Below are positions 8,374 to 17,312 of a stretch of 64,000 bases of DNA, piece by piece. Position 1 is the stretch's first letter, and the number at the start of each line of letters is the position of its first letter. The notes beneath the pieces were generated by a model. That model did not search any database. It worked only from the letters and a program-made list of their open reading frames with translations, and was not told the DNA's origin. The stretch lies in assembly GCA_965140415.1 (NCBI GenBank), contig OZ223209.1, forward strand, positions 128,001-192,000. The letters are read 5' to 3'. Origin of the DNA: Myxococcota bacterium. Lineage in GTDB: Bacteria; Myxococcota_A; SURF-8. The position numbers and the translations under genes were made by a program.

Positions 8374-9228
8374 ATGTCCAAGGTCATTCTTACCGCCGCC
8401 ATCTGTGGAGCCGAAGTCAGCCGTCAACAACAACCGGCCTTGCCGATAAGCGCCGAAGAACTGGCGAACGAGGCTCGCCGCTGCGTCGATGCGGGAGCCG
8501 CCATCATTCACCTGCACGTCCGCAATCCCGATGGCAGCCCCACCCAGGATGTCGAGGTTTTCCGGGCGGCTTTCAACGCGATTCAAGCCGTGTGCGACCC
8601 GATGCCCATCGTGCAGCCTTCCACCGGTGGAGCGGTCGGCATGAGTTGGCAGGAGCGCTTGCAACCGGTAACATTGCATCCGGAAATGGCGACCTTGGAC
8701 TGTGGCACCACCAATTTCGGCGATGACATTTTCGTGAACGACTGGCCGCTGATGCAGCGCTTCGCCAAGGAAATGCAGGCCAACGACGTGGTTCCCGAGC
8801 TGGAGTGCTTCGACTGCTCGCACGTCATGCTGGGGCATCGCCTCTTCGAACTGGGATTATTGAATTGCCACAAGCACTTCGACCTGGTGCTGGGCGTACC
8901 CGGAGCTTTGGACGCCAGTGCGGCTTCGCTGGTGGAAATGGTGCGCCGGGTCGGACCGGAAGCAACGTGGACTGTGGCTGCGGTGGGACGTCACCAGACG
9001 CCGATGGCGATGATGGGCCTGGCGATGGGAGGACATGTCCGGGTCGGATTCGAAGACAACATTTTCCTGAAAAAGGGAGAACTGGCGGACAGCAACGCGC
9101 GTTTCATCGAAAAGATGGTGCGGCTGGCAAAGGAAGTCGGACGCGAACCGGCCAGCCCGAATGACGCGCGTCAAATTCTCGGGATTGCCCCGGATCGGCA
9201 CGAGAAATTGACGCTTGGTGACGAGTAA
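8374..9228 (+). CDS. kce: 3-keto-5-aminohexanoate cleavage enzyme family (BKACE/DUF849)
   Basis: ILTAAICGA, GAAIIHLHVR, QPSTGG, PEMATLDCGTTNFG and GGHVRVGFEDN motifs. The start at ATG 8374 follows an AAGGAG SD. Confidence 0.9.
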   Translation: MSKVILTAAICGAEVSRQQQPALPISAEELANEARRCVDAGAAIIHLHVRNPDGSPTQDVEVFRAAFNAIQAVCDPMPIVQPSTGGAVGMSWQERLQPVTLHPEMATLDCGTTNFGDDIFVNDWPLMQRFAKEMQANDVVPELECFDCSHVMLGHRLFELGLLNCHKHFDLVLGVPGALDASAASLVEMVRRVGPEATWTVAAVGRHQTPMAMMGLAMGGHVRVGFEDNIFLKKGELADSNARFIEKMVRLAKEVGREPASPNDARQILGIAPDRHEKLTLGDE

Positions 9229-9240
9229 ATTTCAGTCTTT

Positions 9241-9319
9241 TCGTTGGTTCGGGGCTCCTGTCCCGAACCACAAGTTTGTCCGAAATCTTCGAAGCAGGAC
9301 GGGAGCCCTGATCAAACGA
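9241..9319. repeat. Inverted REP-like pair between convergent genes
   Basis: TCGTTGGTTCGGGGCTCCTGTCC and the reverse complement of GGACGGGAGCCCTGATCAAACGA match at 19 of 23 positions. The first arm is also self-palindromic (GGTTCGGG..CCCGAACC). Confidence 0.6.
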
Positions 9320-9369
9320 CCTGGAGCCTTCCTTAAACGGAATTACACTGTATTATCAAACAGATAAAT

Positions 9370-11016
9370 CTAGAAGCGTGTCTTTACGTTTTCGTCTTCG
9401 GATAGTTTTCCCTCGTTGCGCAGCCGCGCTTCCCACCGGCGTTTCAATCGCCTGCGCAGGCCCATCCAAACAACAAAAACGGCAATCGACAGCAGGCGCC
9501 AGTCCAGCCAGTCCGGCCAGGATGTTTCCGATTCCGGGGCGGCCCAGGCGACGGCGACATGCTCTTCGCTTTTTTCCGGGGTAGACGATTGTTCGGAAAA
9601 CAGTGGAGGCAAACAGCGACCGGAGCGGCATTCCCGATCCTTGGGGCAGCGCAATTGTTTACATGGATTCGTAAGAGCGGGAGCAACCAGCGTTGCACGA
9701 ATGAAAGGCAGTACGCTGTCGCTATCGATATCGGTCACGCTGACCCCTGTGGGATAACCCCAGTAATCGTTGGATGAAAACCACACGTTAGAGGGCGTCA
9801 GGCGGCCCTGTCGAGGCGCGGGCAGCAGAGCATCGCCGCTGCGGAACAGATCCGCCGCTTCGAAGCGCCGCAGTCGATATTGCAGATCGTAGCGGCGATC
9901 CGCCTGCACGTTCATCAGAAACGGACGCCAGCGGCGGCAGTTGGGACAATCCGCCACCGTGCGATAAAAACCGTGTTCGCCCTTGGCGGGCATGCGATCC
10001 AGGTTGACGTGATACACGGCCAGGCCGGGCTGCCCGACGTGCCGGTCGTAGGGGCCGTCCGGCTGGCGATTCTCCAATAGAAAAAACTCGCGCCCCGCAC
10101 CCAGTTTATAAACCGTGCCGCTACTGGCGGGAGCGATCAAGGCCTCGCGCGTGCCGCTGACCTGTTCGACTTCCGCCCAGCCGAGTTGCATTTTGGAGAA
10201 GGCATCGAGCAAGGGAACGCTGTGCTCGGTGTAACGCCAGTTCCCGCCCATCGGAGAGAGCGCTAGTCCGTAGGTGCGCCGCCATTCATCATAGAGATCC
10301 GCCAGACCGAGCAGATGGCCGAACTCATGCACCGCCATCGGCAAAACGCGCTTTCCGCTGGAAATCGCCGCCATGGTCACGCGTACGCCGTCCAGCTTGA
10401 TTTCAAAGCGCGCATCGAACAGACCGAAGGGCAGCGCCACGCCGAACCAGCCGCCGTTGATCAAGATCACGACGCCGTCGTGGTAGCCGTCCGGTTTCCC
10501 TTGTGGTCCGTTGAGGTCGTAGCGTGTGAAATCCAGCCTGTTTTCTTTATGCGCGCGGGTGATGATCTCGCGAATCAAGGGAATCCCGCCAGCTAATGCC
10601 GTCAAGTCGCCGCGTTGCGGAGTGCAGGCCGACCCACCACCGGGAAAAGGGCAACCGGAATAGACGACCGGTTTGGTGATATCCGCTTCCACACGGAAAC
10701 GTCCACCGGAATTGACCCGCCAATAACCGGGAAAGCTGAAGCGGGAAGGGTCGCTGTCGGAGAAAAAGCGCTTGATGCGAGCGGGATCGATCGCCGCCCG
10801 GCTTTTCGCGTTGAAGGTGACAGGAATCACCAGAATGCGTGAATGTCCTAAATGAGGAACTTTGTTCGGACCGATATCGTTTGTAACGGCCAGATGATCG
10901 ATGAAGCCTGCCTGCACCTTAAATGGGAAGGACAGCGCTCCCAATAGCAGCAATAGCAGCACTGAAAGCTTGACTGGGTTTCCGTTGCTCGTTGCTCTTG
11001 ACTGCTTGTTCATCAT
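9370..11016 (-). CDS. M6 family (immune inhibitor A-like) secreted metalloprotease with C-terminal membrane anchor
   Basis: Signal peptide, zincin motif HEFGHLLGLADLYD, SKMQLGW, EFFLLENRQ and GLAVYHV. Cys-rich module, TM helix and Arg-rich tail. Start uncertain. Confidence 0.85.
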   Translation of the reverse strand: MMNKQSRATSNGNPVKLSVLLLLLLGALSFPFKVQAGFIDHLAVTNDIGPNKVPHLGHSRILVIPVTFNAKSRAAIDPARIKRFFSDSDPSRFSFPGYWRVNSGGRFRVEADITKPVVYSGCPFPGGGSACTPQRGDLTALAGGIPLIREIITRAHKENRLDFTRYDLNGPQGKPDGYHDGVVILINGGWFGVALPFGLFDARFEIKLDGVRVTMAAISSGKRVLPMAVHEFGHLLGLADLYDEWRRTYGLALSPMGGNWRYTEHSVPLLDAFSKMQLGWAEVEQVSGTREALIAPASSGTVYKLGAGREFFLLENRQPDGPYDRHVGQPGLAVYHVNLDRMPAKGEHGFYRTVADCPNCRRWRPFLMNVQADRRYDLQYRLRRFEAADLFRSGDALLPAPRQGRLTPSNVWFSSNDYWGYPTGVSVTDIDSDSVLPFIRATLVAPALTNPCKQLRCPKDRECRSGRCLPPLFSEQSSTPEKSEEHVAVAWAAPESETSWPDWLDWRLLSIAVFVVWMGLRRRLKRRWEARLRNEGKLSEDENVKTRF

Positions 11017-11242
11017 CTCCAGTAATTTTGCCCTTTGTCTCTCACAGCAGCTATGCATCAGCCTGCCGGTAGTCATCAGAATAGAGCCGAACTGTAGCAC
11101 GTGTATACATCTATTGAAAGGGATAACGGAAACGCTGACAGTACCTTCAAGAGCATGTCGAGTTGAACTTGACTTTTTGCATTAACTCCAAGACAATCGG
11201 TGCAACGGGCTTCACGGTAATTGAAATAGGGAGGAGACCGAC

Positions 11243-12046
11243 ATGCAGTGTGGAAATTGCGGCGCTGACGTTCCGGGAGGAGCCAGATTCTGTCCGGTGT
11301 GTGGACAGGAGCAAGTTCAAGCCGAGACTGTAGAGGATGATCGCTACGCCGGCAGTGTGACCGCCAATCCTCAACCCGCCCCGACCCAAGCAACACCAAA
11401 CACTTCTCCATTAAAAGCCCCGGATGGTCTGATCGGACGCTGCATGCGCGAAGGCTGGGAGACCTTCAAACGTCGTCCGGGTCTGCTGATCGCACAAATG
11501 ATCGTGCTGTTCATTCTCTCCGGTATCGTCAGTAAACTCAGCGAAAGCCTGTTCGGACAAAGTACCTTCGAGGGTCAACTGGTCATGAACCTCTGGAATC
11601 TGGTCGCGACGGTCATCGCCGCCGGTTGGAGTTACACCGCGTTAAAGGTGTTACGCGGAAGACAGGCGGAGTTCGGCGAACTGTTCGGCGGGTTTTCCCA
11701 TTTCTGGCCGATTGTCATCGCCAATGTGCTGACGATTATTGCGGTGGTGGTGGGGCTGGCGCTATTAGTGATTCCGGGAATCATCATAGCACTGGGGTTG
11801 AGCCAATGGATGTTACTGATCATGGATCAGAATGTGAGCGGCATGGAGGCGCTGAAAGGAAGCTGGCGCATGATGCAGGGCTACAAGTGGCCTTATTTCC
11901 TGATGGGCCTGATTTTCCTGGGCGTCAATATTCTGGGTATACTCGCATTGGGGCTTGGTCTGTTGGTTACGATTCCCTTTACCATAACCGCCTACTGCGC
12001 GTTTTACGAATACCTGCTGGAACACAATCCACCGAGTTATGACTAG
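11243..12046 (+). CDS. Zinc-ribbon plus multi-TM membrane protein (DUF975-like)
   Basis: N-terminal CGNCG..RFCPVCG, then about 5 TM segments with LLVIPGII and EALKGSWRMM. GGAGGAG SD. Confidence 0.75.
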   Translation: MQCGNCGADVPGGARFCPVCGQEQVQAETVEDDRYAGSVTANPQPAPTQATPNTSPLKAPDGLIGRCMREGWETFKRRPGLLIAQMIVLFILSGIVSKLSESLFGQSTFEGQLVMNLWNLVATVIAAGWSYTALKVLRGRQAEFGELFGGFSHFWPIVIANVLTIIAVVVGLALLVIPGIIIALGLSQWMLLIMDQNVSGMEALKGSWRMMQGYKWPYFLMGLIFLGVNILGILALGLGLLVTIPFTITAYCAFYEYLLEHNPPSYD

Positions 12047-12089
12047 ACGGGTTATCAATCAATTCCAGCGATAGTGTTTTTTGTTTTCC

Positions 12090-12120
12090 GTAACGGCGGC
12101 CGTAAACCCGCCGTTTTTTT
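12090..12120 (+). repeat. REP unit related to 3693 element, doubling as intrinsic terminator
   Basis: GTAACGGCGGCCGTAAACCCGCCG followed by T7, with a decayed second arm near 12146-12166. Confidence 0.65.
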
Positions 12121-12165
12121 ATATTTTCAGGCGAGCTCACTCGTTGGCTTACGCTTCACCACTCT

Positions 12166-12344
12166 ATAGATAGGTAATACTCATTTCTGTCCATCGAGTA
12201 ATCACGATGTGCCATGGTCTCACGGAATGGAAATTCCGGGAGGCCGTGTGTAACCATAAGAAAACACACAGCCTTCCACGATCTTCGATCGCGTAAGACG
12301 ATGCCACACATTCTATAAATTAGTGGCTAATAATGATTAAGAAC
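12166..12344. repeat. Dispersed structured element family B, full copy
   Basis: Nearly identical to 31470-31609 except for 40 extra nt (12277-12316). Contains two inverted hairpin arms. Confidence 0.85.
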
Positions 12345-12403
12345 CGGCCTACAAAGCTTCACGCTGTTATTGGGTTACAATTTAGCCAAGAAAACCTTCA
12401 GCC

Positions 12404-13249
12404 CTAGTCTCCCGATTCTATTAATGTATGTGTAATAGAGACATATTCGGCGACGCTCAACTCCTCGGCGCGTCTCCGCTGCAAATCCGGATGCGCCGCC
12501 AGAAGCCGCTGCAAACCTTCTTCTGATAGAGGAAGGAAGTTCTGTCGTTTCAGAGAGTTGGAGATGGTCTTACGACGACTGTGAAAACAGGCTTTCACTA
12601 GTTTGATATACAAGTCGTCCGGGACATCGTCGGCAACGTCGGAGTGAAACTCGATTGTGATAAAGGTGCTGCCTACCCGAGGCGGCGGGTAGAAACACTG
12701 CGCCCCGACTTCGGCGGCGCGATACAGTTGCGCCACGCGACCGAAGAGCACCGACAACAGCGAATAGTCCGACTCGCCGACCTGCGCCAACAGTCGTTCG
12801 GCGACTTCGCGCTGTAACAGCACATGCGCCGAGTGCAAGACGCGGCGATGTTCCAGTAGCCAGAACAGAATCGGCGCAGAGATTTGATAGGGCAGGTTGC
12901 CCACCAGTTTGATCGGATGACCCGCTTCAGAGGCAAAAGAAGCCAGATCCACATCCAGAATATTCGCCTCCAGCACCTCTACGCCGCTCTCCGATGAAAA
13001 ACGATCCCGCAAGACGGGAGCCAGGTCGCGATCGCGCTCGACGGCGATCACACGACGTCCTGGTGCATGCAAGTAGTCGGTCAACGCGCCGGTGCCTGCG
13101 CCCGCTTCCACGATCAGAGTGTCACCGTCGTTCAAATCACAGGCGCGCGCCAGATTCGCCAACATATTCGGATCGATCAGGAAATTCTGACCCCAGCTTT
13201 TTTTCGGACGTACTCCGTACGCCGCGATGGTCTCTTTGACGCTGGCCAT
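12404..13249 (-). CDS. rsmA: 16S rRNA m6,2A dimethyltransferase RsmA/KsgA
   Basis: PKKSWGQNFL, VEAGAGTGALT, VGNLPYQIS and FYPPPRVGS motifs. Confidence 0.95.
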   Translation of the reverse strand: MASVKETIAAYGVRPKKSWGQNFLIDPNMLANLARACDLNDGDTLIVEAGAGTGALTDYLHAPGRRVIAVERDRDLAPVLRDRFSSESGVEVLEANILDVDLASFASEAGHPIKLVGNLPYQISAPILFWLLEHRRVLHSAHVLLQREVAERLLAQVGESDYSLLSVLFGRVAQLYRAAEVGAQCFYPPPRVGSTFITIEFHSDVADDVPDDLYIKLVKACFHSRRKTISNSLKRQNFLPLSEEGLQRLLAAHPDLQRRRAEELSVAEYVSITHTLIESGD

Positions 13250-14271
13250 CAGAAAATACTTTCGTGCGCGCGGGCGTTCAGGCGCAAATCGTCGCGCTCG
13301 CCACGTTTCAAGCGCTCGTAACCCACCGCCGCCACCATGGCGGCATTATCGGTACAGAGAATGGGAGGAGGCACGAATAATTCGACTCCGGCTTGCTCTG
13401 CAAGCTGTTTCGCTTTTTCCCGCAAACGGCTGTTCGCCGCGACGCCCCCGGCGATAACCCAGTGCTTTAATCCTGTTTTCTTTAGTGCTAATAAAGACTT
13501 ACGCAGAAGAGCATCCACTGCGGCTTCCTGGAAGGAAGCGCACAGATCCGGCAAGTCGTTTTCCGTAGGCGGATGTTTTTCGACATATTGGCGTACGGCG
13601 GTTTTTAGCCCGCTGAAGCTGAAATCCAACGTATCCTTGCGCGGCAGGGCGCGTGGAAAATCGATGGCCTTCGGGTTTCCCTGAGCAGCAAGTCGATCGA
13701 TGACCACACCGCCCGGATAGCCCAGACCCAGTAATTTCGCAACTTTATCGTAAGCTTCGCCCACGGCGTCGTCGCGCGTGTTGCCCAATAGCTCAAAGCG
13801 TCCCGGACCTTTGACCCGATACAAAGCCGTGTGACCGCCGGAGACGATCAATCCCAGGAAGGGGAGGGAGGGAGGCTGTTCCAACAGGCTCGGGGCCCAC
13901 AGGTGCGCTTCCAGGTGATTGACGCCCACCAGGGGAATATCCAGGCTGTATGCCAGCGCTTTGGCGCCGGAAAGTCCTACCAATAGCGCCCCGATCAGGC
14001 CGGGCGCGCGCGTCACGGCGATGGCGTCTACTTGTTCCAATGAAACCTGCGCCTGCTCCAGAGCGCGATCGACCAGGGGAAAGAGCGCCGCCAGGTGTTG
14101 CCGACTGGCAACTTCGGGCACGACACCGCCGAAACGGGCATGTTCCTTGATCTGACTGCTGATCTCGCTGGCCAACAGCTTATGGCCATCTTGCAATAGC
14201 GCCACCGCGGTTTCATCGCAGGAGCTTTCGATTCCCAACACCAGCCGGGGGGCGGCTTGCGTTTCCGACAT
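13249..14271 (-). CDS. tsaD: tRNA t6A threonylcarbamoyltransferase TsaD
   Basis: LGIESSCDET, GGVVPEVASRQH, VNHLEAH, SGGHT, TRDDAVGEAYDK, FSFSGLKT and CTDNAAM motifs. Confidence 0.97.
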   Translation of the reverse strand: MSETQAAPRLVLGIESSCDETAVALLQDGHKLLASEISSQIKEHARFGGVVPEVASRQHLAALFPLVDRALEQAQVSLEQVDAIAVTRAPGLIGALLVGLSGAKALAYSLDIPLVGVNHLEAHLWAPSLLEQPPSLPFLGLIVSGGHTALYRVKGPGRFELLGNTRDDAVGEAYDKVAKLLGLGYPGGVVIDRLAAQGNPKAIDFPRALPRKDTLDFSFSGLKTAVRQYVEKHPPTENDLPDLCASFQEAAVDALLRKSLLALKKTGLKHWVIAGGVAANSRLREKAKQLAEQAGVELFVPPPILCTDNAAMVAAVGYERLKRGERDDLRLNARAHESIF

Positions 14272-14272
14272 C

Positions 14273-16231
14273 TTACAATCCTTCCAACAACTGCTTGACT
14301 TCCTTAGCCTTTTTACTATCTCCAACCAGAGCTAAATAGCGTTCGTACGCTTGGCGCGCGGCCTGCCGCTGTCCCAGAATCTGACAGGCGGTTCCCAATA
14401 GCAGCCAGCCTTGGCTGCTTTTCGGATCCAGTGCCAGCGCTTGCTGAAAATAGCTTATCGCCTGCTGGCTGTGACCGCGCTCCAATTCGACACGCCCCAA
14501 TCCGATCTGGGCGGAAGCGGAATTGGGGTTGATTTGACCCGCGCGCCGGAAAGCCGCTTCCGCTTTATCCAGGTCACGCGCCCGCAGCCGACTTTCTCCA
14601 TTTTGCAACCAGTATACTTGTGTTCCCGTTGCGATTTTTTTCGACTGTTTTTCTGCCACAGAAGATCTTGCCGATTTAGAAGACGCAGCAGAACCGGTAG
14701 ATGCCGTATTCATTGAGATTTCAGGATGTTCTGTGTTTTCAGGCGCTTTCTTTTGCGCTTCTTCAGTAACATCACTTTCCGGTGTTTGCACGAGCGCCGC
14801 CTGCTCTTTGCGATCCTTTGCAGGAGAGGGCGCGACCTGCCGCGCTTCTTGCGCGTTCGATCCTTTTATAGCGACATCGCTGCGGACGTTCTCGCCAGCG
14901 GTTCTAAGCCCGCCCAGGGCGCGTATGCAGGCATCCCGCTTCCAACCACCGAAGAAACCGATGGACAGGGCAAGCAGCAATAGCCCAACAAGTAATAACC
15001 AGGGCCAGAAGCGCCGAAATCCGGAGAAGCTTTCCTCCGTTCGTTGAACTGCCGCTGGCGTTCCCGGATTTGAAGCGATACTCTCGTTTGCAGCTTCCCG
15101 CTGTTGTGCCGATGGCGCTTGCGGCGTAGATTCGGCTTGAACGGGTGGCGTCTCGCTCGCTGCCTTCTCGGTCGATGCTTCCGCTGCTTCTCGATAAAGC
15201 TTGGACAGTCGGGTCACGATTTCTTGTGGGGGCGCTTCATTGCGCCTATCCGCCGAGCCGGAAAAAAGCCCTTTCAAATACGCCAACAGTTGCTCGTCGT
15301 CCCGTTCCTTGGCCAGTTCCATGGCCTGCGCCAGAGGAAGCTGTTCCACAAATTCGGTTGAAGCAAACAAGCGCCGATATGCAGCGCGTGCCGCCAGGGC
15401 ATGTCCCGGCAGGGTTTGAGCATTCCCCTGAATGGCTCCTCCCGGGGCCGGATCTTCAAAGCGGACTTCAAATTCTCCGTTTTCCCAGAGCAGCAGTTCC
15501 AGCGCTGCTTCCGCGCCCTGTCGGTCATTCAATCGGGCGGAGATCAGGTTTCCATCGCGAAAACTCAAGCGGCCCTGATGACGCTCTCGCCGCAGGAGTA
15601 TGGAACCGCTGCGCTGCTGCTGGCGTAGCCCTTCCAGGATATCGTGCAGCAGGGTACCACTCAAAACGCCTCGATAGCGGCTCTGACCGCCACTCTCCAA
15701 CGCGCGTTCCTGGGCGTATTTCTTGAGATAACCCTTAACCCGATTCACGAATTCACGTAAGTAAATCGGCTTTTCGAGATAGTCCTCCGCTCCAAGCTCC
15801 AAGCCTTCGATTTTTTCTCCCACATCAGCCGGACGAGCGACGAATACCAGAGGAATTTCACAGGTATGCGGATCGCTTTTTACCTGGCGGGCAAAGGCCA
15901 GCGCTTCACGTTCGGGAAAGTGACTTTCCGTCAAAATCAAATCGACCGGATGACTTAACAGCAATTGCAGCGCATCAACCGGATTAGTGGCGGTCAGCGT
16001 ATGCACGTCCGAACTACGCAAGGCCGCACGCATCAAAGCCCGGCTATGCGCATCCGGATCCACGATCAGAACCCGTTGCCCCTCCGATTCCTTGTTCACA
16101 GTCTGATTCGGTATCGCCCCTCTCCTATGCCGCTTCCGCTCGCGAGAGCCTCCTCCCCTGGAGTGCTTCCTTGTCCTCACTTGAGGAACCCGGAAAATCG
16201 ATCCGGCTTTCTGCTGGAAGCGGTTCAACAA
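14273..16231 (-). CDS. Receiver + DUF4388-like + TM + periplasmic TPR protein
   Basis: REC domain (VLIVDPD..DLILTE..GAEDYLEKP), DUF4388-like segment (GVLSGTLLHDILE..SGSILL..G.LSFRDGNLISA..GEFEV), a TM helix and C-terminal TPRs. Start uncertain. Confidence 0.8.
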   Translation of the reverse strand: MLNRFQQKAGSIFRVPQVRTRKHSRGGGSRERKRHRRGAIPNQTVNKESEGQRVLIVDPDAHSRALMRAALRSSDVHTLTATNPVDALQLLLSHPVDLILTESHFPEREALAFARQVKSDPHTCEIPLVFVARPADVGEKIEGLELGAEDYLEKPIYLREFVNRVKGYLKKYAQERALESGGQSRYRGVLSGTLLHDILEGLRQQQRSGSILLRRERHQGRLSFRDGNLISARLNDRQGAEAALELLLWENGEFEVRFEDPAPGGAIQGNAQTLPGHALAARAAYRRLFASTEFVEQLPLAQAMELAKERDDEQLLAYLKGLFSGSADRRNEAPPQEIVTRLSKLYREAAEASTEKAASETPPVQAESTPQAPSAQQREAANESIASNPGTPAAVQRTEESFSGFRRFWPWLLLVGLLLLALSIGFFGGWKRDACIRALGGLRTAGENVRSDVAIKGSNAQEARQVAPSPAKDRKEQAALVQTPESDVTEEAQKKAPENTEHPEISMNTASTGSAASSKSARSSVAEKQSKKIATGTQVYWLQNGESRLRARDLDKAEAAFRRAGQINPNSASAQIGLGRVELERGHSQQAISYFQQALALDPKSSQGWLLLGTACQILGQRQAARQAYERYLALVGDSKKAKEVKQLLEGL

Positions 16232-16320
16232 TCATGTAATTCATACCGCTTTGATTGATCGATTTGCTTCCGCCTGCATTCCAATTACCCGACCTCTTTC
16301 AACTATGCACTTTCTTGCAA

Positions 16321-16336
16321 TGTTCCACGTGGAACA
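16321..16336. promoter_or_regulatory. parS: parS centromere site
   Basis: Perfect palindrome TGTTCCACGTGGAACA, with half-site-like sequences at about 16343 and 16363. Confidence 0.9.
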
Positions 16337-16382
16337 TTCTCCCGTTTCCACGCACTTTCCGATGTTCCACAACGAGGTCTGG

Positions 16383-17279
16383 TTAGTCGCTGCTTTTCTC
16401 CTCTGTTGCTGTCGCCTTCGTTTTCTTTGCTGCGGAATTATTCTCCTTTTGAGGAGCGGATGTCGGCGTACTTGGCTCTGTCTTTTCCCTAGCCGAACCG
16501 GAATTTCCCAAAAACGCAATATCCAGCGGCTGTTTACGTCGATTCAGCAGCAGGTACACTCCCGCAAAAAACAATACGATCACCCCGTACTGCGCCGGAG
16601 TTAGCCCAAGATAGCGACTATCTGCAAAGCGCACGTCCGGCGCGCGCAGGAAATCGAAGCCGAAGCGAACGGGAGCATACATCAATAGAATCACGGCCAT
16701 TTGCGTTCCACTGTGGCGCGCCTTGCGGTTAATGACAAGCAGAACCGCACCGATCACCAGCGTCAGCAATAATTCGTAAAAACCCAGATCGTGCCGCACA
16801 CCTCCGGGGTATTGAATCCCTAAAAAGAAATCCGTCAGCCGTCCCGGATGATCGTGAGCGAAGGAACAACCGGTGCGCCCGAAGATCCAACCCACCACCA
16901 AAGCGCTTAACAAACGATCTCCATAAGGTAGCAACGGCTGCTTTTTATAGAGCAGATAACCGACCGCCGCGCTCATTCCTCCCAAGAAGCCGCCGATGGA
17001 ACTCAATCCACCCCAGAACTTGAACAGCACCCAGGGGTCCTCGTTAAGTAATTCCGGATGATAGAACAACACGTGCACCAGATGCGCCCCGATAAAGCCA
17101 CCCAATACGCAAAGTTCCGGTAAATGCAGTGCAATCCGGCGATCGATTCGTCCACCCTTTTTACAGATGCGATCGTACACGATCACACCCGCAATGATTC
17201 CCGTAACCACTAACAGGAAAAACGGGCGGATTTCCAGACCAAACACGGTAAAAGGAGGCAAGGTCAGATACGGCAGCAC
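16383..17279 (-). CDS. lgt: Prolipoprotein diacylglyceryl transferase
   Basis: GAHLVHVLFY, WGGLSSIGG, GRTGCSFAHDHPG, RHDLGFYE and RFGFDFLR motifs; GTG start. Confidence 0.88.
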   Translation of the reverse strand: MLPYLTLPPFTVFGLEIRPFFLLVVTGIIAGVIVYDRICKKGGRIDRRIALHLPELCVLGGFIGAHLVHVLFYHPELLNEDPWVLFKFWGGLSSIGGFLGGMSAAVGYLLYKKQPLLPYGDRLLSALVVGWIFGRTGCSFAHDHPGRLTDFFLGIQYPGGVRHDLGFYELLLTLVIGAVLLVINRKARHSGTQMAVILLMYAPVRFGFDFLRAPDVRFADSRYLGLTPAQYGVIVLFFAGVYLLLNRRKQPLDIAFLGNSGSAREKTEPSTPTSAPQKENNSAAKKTKATATEEKSSD

Positions 17280-17312
17280 GTTCGCGCCCCTTTCAGTAAG
17301 AATTCATTGTCA

